Shown: piece after piece, positions 1 to 6,768 of the stretch
Layout of the letters: each line of letters opens with the position of its first letter
Numbering within the stretch: position 1 is the first letter of the stretch
IMG/VR virus record: IMGVR_UViG_3300037311_000481
Location: 1 to 34,564 of that record
Source of the DNA: a virus
Lineage: Duplodnaviria > Caudoviricetes
Strand: one strand, 5' to 3'
Length of the DNA: 34,564 nucleotides
Notes under the pieces: generated by a model
Database searches by the model: none
The model's input: only the letters and a program-made list of their open reading frames with translations
What the model was told of the DNA's origin: nothing
Made by a program: the position numbers and the translations under genes

Positions 1-5
1 CGCAT

Positions 6-40
6 CCTCCCCCTGCGTGCAGGGGGAGGGGTTTCATTTT
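6..40 (+). repeat. Host-side GC-rich palindrome (REP-like or intrinsic terminator)
   Basis: Perfect 11-bp inverted repeat CCTCCCCCTGC-gt-GCAGGGGGAGG (6..29) followed by GGTTTCATTTT; lies outside the predicted phage end. Confidence 0.5.
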
Positions 41-49
41 CGAAAACGT

Positions 50-96
50 TGTAGCGGGACAGAGTTTTTCGGAGTGATGGACAAGACATTCCGGAG
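50..96. repeat. Putative phage end with tandem transposase-binding sites
   Basis: TGT at 50..52, then GGACA-N8-CGGAG at 57..74 and 79..96 (22-bp period, like MuA end sites), just past the last late gene. Confidence 0.65.
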
Positions 97-154
97 CACT
101 TTTTCCCCGCCGAGAGGGGTCTGATAGGCTTCTCGGCGGGTCGAAAGAAGCCCC

Positions 155-1111
155 TCAGGGTTCAGCATCGAACGCGGTGATCAGCTTTGAGAACTGCCCA
201 CGCGATCGCCGCAGCCATGCTGCATACCCCGTTACCGGCTGCCCGGGTTCGGTCCAGCCGACCGGCCACCCCATCGCCAGTTCGTAGAACAGCGGGTTGG
301 AGATCAGGCCGCCGGGCAAGCAGGCGCTCCCAGGCTTGAAGCTCAGCCGGACCGGGGGCGAAGAGGGGGAGGTCGCCGTCGTCGCCGATGCCGTCCACCC
401 CAGCGCCCGCAGCGCCAGCCACAGCGCCGTCCACGCGCGCGCCCCGTTCGAGAGGCTGAACTGGCCGCCGCTCGCCACCGCGACGTCGTGCGGGCTTAGC
501 GGGCGCATGCCCCCGCCCTCGATCAGCAGGTCTGGCAGGTAGCCCGCGTCCGTCGCGGTCGGCGTGGGCCACGACGAAGAGCCTGCGCCTGCGGTGGCGA
601 GCGCCCGCCTCTCGCGCCGTGAACAGGCCCGCCCGGACCGCGTAGCCCATGCCGCGTAGCTCGTCCGCGACGTCGGCGAAGCCCAGACTGAGGTGTCCCT
701 CGACGTTCTCGAGGAACACCCATTCGGGCGCGACCTCGCCGACGATGCGGGCGACCTCGGGCCACAGGTGGCGGGGATCGGCGGCCCCGCGGCGCTCGCC
801 CGCGACGCTGAACGGCTGGCAGGGATAACCGGCAGCGACGAGATGAACGCGGTCGCGCCACGGGCGGCCGTCGAAGGATCGCAGGTCGTCCCAGACAGCA
901 GCCGGTGCCATGGCCGCGTCCGCCATCCGGGCCACGAGGGTGGCCGCCGCATGAGCTTCCCGCTCGACGTGACAAACAGTTCGGTAGCCGGGTTCGGCGA
1001 TGCCGATCCCGAGGTCGAGGCCACCGTAGCCGGCGCAGAGCGAGATGCCGCGGAAGTCACCGCGTTCGGGCTGGTGGTCGATGCGGGGGTGTTCGGCAGA
1101 TAGAGCCACAA
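155..1111 (-). CDS. Overlapping alternative-frame polypeptide (beta subunit/TRD-motif IX part) of the C5 MTase
   Basis: 318-codon ORF fully overlapping alpha; possible TTG start sharing the SD; contains WPTPTATD and NPLFYELAMGWPVGWT; start uncertain (ATG 952 is an alternative). Confidence 0.6.
   Translation of the reverse strand: MWLYLPNTPASTTSPNAVTSAASRSAPATVASTSGSASPNPATELFVTSSGKLMRRPPSWPGWRTRPWHRLLSGTTCDPSTAARGATAFISSLPVIPASRSASRASAAGPPIPATCGPRSPASSARSRPNGCSSRTSRDTSVWASPTSRTSYAAWATRSGRACSRRERRALATAGAGSSSWPTPTATDAGYLPDLLIEGGGMRPLSPHDVAVASGGQFSLSNGARAWTALWLALRALGWTASATTATSPSSPPVRLSFKPGSACLPGGLISNPLFYELAMGWPVGWTEPGQPVTGYAAWLRRSRGQFSKLITAFDAEP
162..1109 (-). CDS. DNA cytosine-5 methyltransferase, alpha polypeptide
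   Basis: Motif I SLCAGYGG, IV GYPCQPFS, VI FLENV, VIII HRRRRLF, X RTRAAGNGV; GTG start after GAAGGGA SD. Confidence 0.9.
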   Translation of the reverse strand: MALSAEHPRIDHQPERGDFRGISLCAGYGGLDLGIGIAEPGYRTVCHVEREAHAAATLVARMADAAMAPAAVWDDLRSFDGRPWRDRVHLVAAGYPCQPFSVAGERRGAADPRHLWPEVARIVGEVAPEWVFLENVEGHLSLGFADVADELRGMGYAVRAGLFTAREAGARHRRRRLFVVAHADRDGRGLPARPADRGRGHAPAKPARRRGGERRPVQPLERGARVDGAVAGAAGAGVDGIGDDGDLPLFAPGPAELQAWERLLARRPDLQPAVLRTGDGVAGRLDRTRAAGNGVCSMAAAIAWAVLKADHRVRC

Positions 1112-1284
1112 GGTCCGGTCCCTTCGTCGGCCGCTCGTGGGGCGGTCGGGTGCGGGCTCGGTGGCCTGATGAGGTTGAAGGCGCGACAGCGCCTGCACTT
1201 GATCTCTATCGGGCCTGCGATGGCGGTGGAAGCGGCTTTGAACAGCAGCGCGCCGCAGCCGGCGCAACGATGATCGGCGCGCAT
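1057..1284 (-). CDS. com: Com-family zinc-finger translational regulator
   Basis: RCAGCGALLFKA...IEIKCRRC; 3' end overlaps the start of the downstream modification gene, as in Mu com-mom. Confidence 0.85.
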   Translation of the reverse strand: MRADHRCAGCGALLFKAASTAIAGPIEIKCRRCRAFNLIRPPSPHPTAPRAADEGTGPCGSICRTPPHRPPARTR

Positions 1285-2094
1285 TCACTGGCCACCCGTG
1301 ATGATGAGTTCGCGCGCCGCGGTCGCCTTGCCGCTGATGCGGTAGTTCAGCCCGACCTCCTCGATGGCGCACCCGGCCCAAAGCTCGCGCGCGAGCGGGT
1401 GGTCGTTGATCGTCAGGATGAAGCGGCCGGAGATCGCGCCGAGCGTCTTCCTCAAGAGCGCGTGGTCCTCGGCCGAGAACATGCCCTGACCGTAGTCGCC
1501 TTCGCAGCCGATGTAGGGCGGGTCGCAGAAGAACAGCGTGTGCGGCCGGTCGTAGCGCGCGATGAAATCGGCATAGGGCAGCCGCTCGACCCGCACCGAC
1601 GCGAGCCGGTCGCGCACGTCGGCGAGCATCGGCTCGAGCTTCACGATGTCGAACTTCGCGCCGCCCGTCGTGTCGGTGCCGAAGTTCCGCCCCGCGACCT
1701 TGCCGCCGAACGCGGTGCGCTGGAGATAGAGGAACCGCGTCGCCCGCTCCAGATCGGTCAGCGTCGTCGGGTCCTCGCGCATCAGGCGCTCGAACTCGTG
1801 GCGGCTGGTCAGCTTCCACCGGCACTCGTCGACGAACGCGAGATAGTGGCGCTGCAGGATGCGGAACAGGTTCGCGACGTCGGACGACCAGTCGTTGATC
1901 GCCTCGGCCGACGGCCGCGACGTGCGGCGGAAGAACACGCCGCCCATGCCGACGAACGGCTCGGCGTAGCAGCCGTGCGGCGTCGCGGCGATCTTGGCGA
2001 CGAGGCGCTTCGAGAGATTGCGCTTGCCGCCGATGTAACCGGCGGGCGGGCGGACGGGATTAACGGGTTCGAGGGGTGAAAAGGATTCCTTCAC
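1285..2094 (-). CDS. D12-class (Dam-like) N6-adenine DNA methyltransferase
   Basis: YIGGKR, EPFVGMGGVFF (motif I), CDPPY (motif IV), ELII C-terminus; GTG 2094 is the likely start. Confidence 0.92.
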   Translation of the reverse strand: MKESFSPLEPVNPVRPPAGYIGGKRNLSKRLVAKIAATPHGCYAEPFVGMGGVFFRRTSRPSAEAINDWSSDVANLFRILQRHYLAFVDECRWKLTSRHEFERLMREDPTTLTDLERATRFLYLQRTAFGGKVAGRNFGTDTTGGAKFDIVKLEPMLADVRDRLASVRVERLPYADFIARYDRPHTLFFCDPPYIGCEGDYGQGMFSAEDHALLRKTLGAISGRFILTINDHPLARELWAGCAIEEVGLNYRISGKATAARELIITGGQ

Positions 2095-2210
2095 GGTTGG
2101 GCTTCCACGATGTCCCCGCCCGCAGGGCCGGGGCGACTGAGCGGCGTGCGCACGCCGCAGGGTGGGGGTTCCGGCCCCCGGTTCGGGACGCGCCAACGTC
2201 CCGGCCCGCC
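2076..2210 (-). promoter_or_regulatory. Structured 5' leader of the adenine MTase (five tandem hairpins)
   Basis: Stems at 2184..2203, 2164..2179, 2141..2158 (perfect 18-bp palindrome), about 2112..2137 and 2076..2094 (contains the GTG start). Confidence 0.5.
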
Positions 2211-2226
2211 CCGTTAGGAGCGGGAA

Positions 2227-3021
2227 TCACAGCCAGTCCTCGAACTGGCAGGCCCAGCGCGACTTCGACGCCTGCCGCCGGCTGAAGGCCTCGATGTTCG
2301 TGAAGGTGCCGTAGTGGATGCGCTCGGCGAGCCCCGCGGTCGCGTCCGGGTCCTCGACGACGAGGGTAGGCCGCGTCGTGCGCCGGTCGCGCTTCAGCGC
2401 CCACAGCAGCTCGATTTCGTCGTCGGAGAGGTCGCCGAGAACCCACTGATAGGTCGGCACCGCGACACCCTCGACAACGGCGAGTCCGCCATCCGGCAAC
2501 CGCGTGCGCGTGCCCGTGTCGATGAAGCCACGCCCGCTCTCCCACTCCTTGTTCCACGTCGGCCGGAACGCGAGGCCCGCGAGCACCGCGCCGACCTGCA
2601 TCGCGCCCGCGCCGCCCGGCTGGTTGACGTAGACGCGGATGTAGCGGGCGGTGAACGGCGCTGCGGCGACGTGGAGCGCGGGCCAGACGACGGGCCGGAA
2701 CTGCTGCGGTGCCGCCGACGGCGCGCGCAGCGGCGGTGAGGGCACGACCGTGCGCTGGCTCGCCGTGTAGCTGTTCTCGACCGCCGTGCCGCTCGTGATC
2801 GCCCAAGCAGCGCCAGCTGCCGCGTTGGTGCCGATCAGCGCGACCGTGTCGATCAGCGCGTCGCCGCCGAGGTCGATGTTGATGTGCGCGTCCGAGCCGT
2901 CGTTGAGCGAGTCCTGCCACACCGCTTTCGGCGACGCCTTCAGGAGGTTCGCGGTCCCGGTCCCGCGCGAGGTGCTGACCGCGAACGGCGTCCACGGCGC
3001 CATGATGAGGATGTTCGACAC
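2227..3021 (-). CDS. Minor tail protein (beta-sandwich, distal-tail-like)
   Basis: Last gene of the tail module; GAGGAG SD; ARYIRV motif typical of discoidin-like folds; ends FEDWL. Confidence 0.6.
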   Translation of the reverse strand: MSNILIMAPWTPFAVSTSRGTGTANLLKASPKAVWQDSLNDGSDAHINIDLGGDALIDTVALIGTNAAAGAAWAITSGTAVENSYTASQRTVVPSPPLRAPSAAPQQFRPVVWPALHVAAAPFTARYIRVYVNQPGGAGAMQVGAVLAGLAFRPTWNKEWESGRGFIDTGTRTRLPDGGLAVVEGVAVPTYQWVLGDLSDDEIELLWALKRDRRTTRPTLVVEDPDATAGLAERIHYGTFTNIEAFSRRQASKSRWACQFEDWL

Positions 3022-3031
3022 CGCGCCCTCC

Positions 3032-3406
3032 TCAGCTCGCCAGACGCCGCAGCACGTCGAGCGTCATCACCCCGGTCGCGTCGTCGACGGTGCCGCCGAG
3101 CACGAACACCAGCGCGCCACCGTCGCCGTAGCCGGGCGCAGCCGCGCGCACGGTGACGCACTGGCCGCGCAGCCCGTCGAGGTCGACCGGCGCCACCTGC
3201 ACCCGCTCGGCCGCGTGCGGCTCCTTCATGAACGCGAGCTGGCGGGCGAGCTCGGCGTCGGCGTCGGCCTTCGCGTCGACCGGCGACAGCAGCGAGCCGT
3301 CGACGCCGCGCTCGCCCCAGCGCGCCTTCGCGACCGCATCGACCCCCTGCGCCCAATAGGCCGGGGCCTGCAGATATTCGGCGAGGCCGGAGGCGACGCT
3401 CGTCAC
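3032..3406 (-). CDS. Tail protein (resembles the C-terminal part of tail hub proteins)
   Basis: GTGA coupling to upstream gene; protein-like composition; tail module position. Confidence 0.6.
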   Translation of the reverse strand: MTSVASGLAEYLQAPAYWAQGVDAVAKARWGERGVDGSLLSPVDAKADADAELARQLAFMKEPHAAERVQVAPVDLDGLRGQCVTVRAAAPGYGDGGALVFVLGGTVDDATGVMTLDVLRRLAS

Positions 3407-3963
3407 GCAACGTCTCCTAGGCCGAGGTCTGCCGCCGACATGCGCCGCACCTGCGGCGGCTCGATCAGCGGCGGCACTTCGGTCGCGGTGCCGACCGGCG
3501 CGGCGCGCGTCCCCTGCGTGATCACGCCATAGGTCGCGGCGAGCGCCCGGGCTTCGAGCGCGCGGGCCGCCCGGGCGCGCACGATCGGCGCATAGGAGGC
3601 GAGGCCCCGCTCGAGCGCGGCCGCGAGGTCGATCTCGGTTCCGGTATAGTCGGCGGCGACGCTCGCCGCGTGCGGCGCGAAGGCGACCGGATCGCCGTTC
3701 GCATCGCGCGCCAGCCGGTCGTCGGCGTCGAGCAGCGCTGCCGTCATCACGAGGTCGTGTTCGGCCGAGGTGAGCGCGCTGGTCCGGAGCGCGGCGCGCC
3801 GCTCCTCGACCTTCACCTTGATGCGGAATCGCTCGCCGGTCGGAAGCGCGATGCCGAAGTCCGGCGCTTCACCGGGCAGCTCGAACCGCGTGAACGCGAG
3901 CCGCGCCTCGCCTTCGACCGGGCTTTCGTAGACGCGCTTCTCGGGGTTCCAGACGGACGGCAT
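3403..3963 (-). CDS. Hypothetical protein (tail-associated)
   Basis: 186 aa, typical GC3 codon bias, directly after the tail tip gene. Confidence 0.7.
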   Translation of the reverse strand: MPSVWNPEKRVYESPVEGEARLAFTRFELPGEAPDFGIALPTGERFRIKVKVEERRAALRTSALTSAEHDLVMTAALLDADDRLARDANGDPVAFAPHAASVAADYTGTEIDLAAALERGLASYAPIVRARAARALEARALAATYGVITQGTRAAPVGTATEVPPLIEPPQVRRMSAADLGLGDVA

Positions 3964-3972
3964 GGCGGGCCT

Positions 3973-6768
3973 TCAGGGCTTCGGGTTGTGGGTGAAGATC
4001 TTGCGGCCGCCGTGCGCCACGCTCGCGCCGTAGGTGCGCTGGCCGCAGCGGATGCGCGCGACCTCGCGGCGACCGGCGTAGCGGCGCTCGGGCTTCACCC
4101 AGTCGACATGGCCGTTGTGACCGGCGACGGGCAGGCGGTAGTTGTGGCAGTTCGCGGCGGTCGGGTAGGGCAGCGTCACGTCGCCGTCCGCTGCGTGCAC
4201 GATCACCGGGCACGGGATCCGCGTCGTCAGCGGCGTGTCCATCGAGACCGCGACCGACGCGTCCGGCATGTCGATCCAGACGCATTCCTCGAGCGCGAGG
4301 TCGTTGCCCTCGACCTCGGCCGCTTCCAGCCCGACCATCGCGGCGTTCAGCACCATGATGCGGTCCCCGGCCGCGACGTCGCGCGCGCGGCGCTCGCTGC
4401 CGTCCGCCATCAGCACCCACGCGTCCGCGTCGACGCAGTTCTCGCCGCCGCCGGTCGCGCCGCTGCCCGATCCCGACGAGCTGGCCCGCGTCGTCCAGAC
4501 GCCGATGTAGGTTTCGGCGAGCTGCAGCGCGCCGACGAGGCTGGTCGCGCCATTGTAGCCGGCGGCGTCTTCCAGCGTGTCGTAGAAGTCGGCGTCGGGC
4601 TTCGACCACCAGCGCGTCACGCCGGGCGTGTGCCCCGCGCTCGATGCGCTCGAATAGAAGGTGCTGCCGCCCTCGTCGTTGAACCAGGTCGAGGCCGCGA
4701 AATCGATGGTGACCGTCCCCGCCGCCCAGCTGTCGCTGATCGGGAACGCGCTCGTCGTCGCGCGCAGCCCGGCGTTCAGGTTGCTCTTCAGCAGGCGTCC
4801 CGAGGTCGCGCGACCGTCGCCGCCGATCTCGCTGTTCGCCATATAGTCGAAGCGCGTCTGGTAGTGCGGCTCGATGCGCACGTCCTCGATGACGCCGTCG
4901 CCGGAGTGGATGTTGACCTTCGCCCGCGCGCCGAGGTTCGGGCCGACGACATAGGCGTGCTCGATCGCGCCACCCCGGCCGAAGAAGATCGCGTCGTTGT
5001 CGTAGCAGATCTGGAACTCGGTCAGCGCGTCGAACCCGGCCGAGGCGGCGAGCGTCGCGCGCAGCGTCGGCCCCTCGTAGATCTGCACGCCGCCGCCCGG
5101 ATAGACGTAGATCGCGTGCGTGTCGGTATAGTCCGCACCCGCGACCGAGAAGCTGATGCCGACCATCGCCGCCTGGTCGGTGCGCGGCGAGCGGAACGAT
5201 ACCCGCGCCGCGCGCCGCAGCACGTCGTTCGACCAGGCGGCGACGTTCCAGCCGTCGCCGCCGGTCGTCTTCGTCACCCGGTTGCCGCGCACGTCGACGT
5301 TGCCGCCCGTCGAGGAGACGCTGAAGTTGATGTCCCGTGTCGCGTCGTTCGCGACGCCGACATGCGTGCCCTCGGTGGTGAGGTTCGCCGCCGCCACCCA
5401 CGCGCCGCCGACGCGCTTCCGCTCGACGTTCGGCGCCACCGACGTGTCCGTCCACAGCGCGCCGTCGACGACCGCCACCTGCGTCGCCGGGTCGATCACC
5501 TGCCGGAAGGTCTGGTTGCGCGTCGCACCGGCAGCGGCGGGCTTCAGCGCGTCGACCGGCGTGCCGTCCGAATAAGCGACGTCGCCCGCGAGGATGACAC
5601 CCGCGATCTCGCCCTTCGAGTGCTGGTGATGGTTCTTCGCGTAGCCGAGCTTCCTCGTGTGGTGCGGCCGGTACGTCGCGGTCCGCTCGACGCTCCACCC
5701 GTCGAGCGTTGCGGTCGGGAGCGTCCAGCTCCACGTCCCGCAATCGATTTCGCCGAGCGCGTTGAGCGCCCACCACACCGACACGCCGCCCAAGAGCCGG
5801 TTGAGCGCCGCCGCGATGGTCTCCGACTGCTCCTCGACGAGGAGGCCGCAGGCGAAGTCGCGCGCGGCCGACGTCGGCGCGAACCGCGCCGTCCAGATGC
5901 GCGGCGCGCGGGCCGCGACGACGGCGGCGGCGATCGCGAGCGGCCGGTTCGAATAGCCGCCCGCCGTCTCGCCCTCGATGTCGGCGGTGAGCTTCACCGG
6001 GTCGCTGCGCCACCACTTCACCGCGCCGATCGACGGCGCGCGCGCCGCCTGGTTGACGGCGCCGTTGCCGAGGTTGACGGCGGCGAGCGCGGCGAGCGTC
6101 GCCGCCACGCTTCCCGCCCACGCGACCGTGACGACGCCCGTCGCCGCCAGCCCCGCGTCCTTCACCGCGAGAATCGCGTTCAGCGGCCGGTTCGGGTCGG
6201 TCGCGACCCAGATGTTGTTCGCCTCGTCGAACGCCCACAGCTCGACGTTCCGGCACACGCCCCATGCCCGCCGCCGCGCGCGGCCGGCGAGCGCCGCGCC
6301 GCCCTCGACCCCGCCCGTCCCCGCGAAGGTCGCATCGATCACCGGCTTGGTGAAGTCGAGCCCGGCGTCGACGAGGTCGACGACGAGCGCCCGCGCCTCC
6401 CCCGGCCGGGTGATGCGCGCGTCCGCGACGAAGCCGGTGAACAGCGTCCGCTGCGCAGTGCCGTCGTCCTCGATCTCGTAGACGGTCGCTTCCGCCCCCG
6501 GCCAAACGAGCGCGGCGATCGCGTCGAGGTCGGCCGCCTCGCCCTGCCACGTCAGCGCCCGCCCGCCCGGCGTCGCCGCGCCCGTCGGCCCCAGCTCGTC
6601 GTAACCGAGCAACGACCGCGCGGGCGGCAGCGGTTGCAAGCCGACCAGCCACTCGGTCGTGCCCTGATAGGCGTGGCCGCGCGCGCCGCCGCCCGACAGC
6701 CGCACGGTCGTCACCGCGCCCGTCGCCGCGACGCGCGGCTGGCAGACGGCGAGGGTGACCTTCGGCAT
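3973..6768 (-). CDS. Tail hub/tip-fibre protein with C-terminal Hint domain
   Basis: Follows TMP (TGATG coupling); beta-rich lectin-like middle; Gly/Ser linker, then CVDADAWVLMADGSERRARDVAAGD...IFTHN-PKP. Confidence 0.8.
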   Translation of the reverse strand: MPKVTLAVCQPRVAATGAVTTVRLSGGGARGHAYQGTTEWLVGLQPLPPARSLLGYDELGPTGAATPGGRALTWQGEAADLDAIAALVWPGAEATVYEIEDDGTAQRTLFTGFVADARITRPGEARALVVDLVDAGLDFTKPVIDATFAGTGGVEGGAALAGRARRRAWGVCRNVELWAFDEANNIWVATDPNRPLNAILAVKDAGLAATGVVTVAWAGSVAATLAALAAVNLGNGAVNQAARAPSIGAVKWWRSDPVKLTADIEGETAGGYSNRPLAIAAAVVAARAPRIWTARFAPTSAARDFACGLLVEEQSETIAAALNRLLGGVSVWWALNALGEIDCGTWSWTLPTATLDGWSVERTATYRPHHTRKLGYAKNHHQHSKGEIAGVILAGDVAYSDGTPVDALKPAAAGATRNQTFRQVIDPATQVAVVDGALWTDTSVAPNVERKRVGGAWVAAANLTTEGTHVGVANDATRDINFSVSSTGGNVDVRGNRVTKTTGGDGWNVAAWSNDVLRRAARVSFRSPRTDQAAMVGISFSVAGADYTDTHAIYVYPGGGVQIYEGPTLRATLAASAGFDALTEFQICYDNDAIFFGRGGAIEHAYVVGPNLGARAKVNIHSGDGVIEDVRIEPHYQTRFDYMANSEIGGDGRATSGRLLKSNLNAGLRATTSAFPISDSWAAGTVTIDFAASTWFNDEGGSTFYSSASSAGHTPGVTRWWSKPDADFYDTLEDAAGYNGATSLVGALQLAETYIGVWTTRASSSGSGSGATGGGENCVDADAWVLMADGSERRARDVAAGDRIMVLNAAMVGLEAAEVEGNDLALEECVWIDMPDASVAVSMDTPLTTRIPCPVIVHAADGDVTLPYPTAANCHNYRLPVAGHNGHVDWVKPERRYAGRREVARIRCGQRTYGASVAHGGRKIFTHNPKP

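Noticed and set aside
106-140. 10-bp inverted repeat after the MTase genes as an intrinsic terminator
   Set aside because: Followed by an A-run, not a U-run, on the coding strand; the stem is real but the terminator call is unsupported
1112-1825. Upstream extension of the 556-aa ORF over the adenine MTase and com
   Set aside because: This offset is normally stop-poor in GC-rich genes and reads as Arg-rich shadow; only 155..1111 is supported
2076-2094. GTGAA...TTCAC as a third late promoter (Pmom-like)
   Set aside because: Dyad spacing differs, and the CCTTAG and TAGCGT elements are missing; better explained as an RNA stem over the start codon
3985-4437. Canonical intein with homing endonuclease
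   Set aside because: Only 151 aa, no endonuclease, +1 residue is Pro and the C-extein is 3 aa
2227-6768. Mu G-segment-type invertible tail fibre cassette
   Set aside because: No invertase, no opposite-strand fibre genes, no flanking inverted repeats seen
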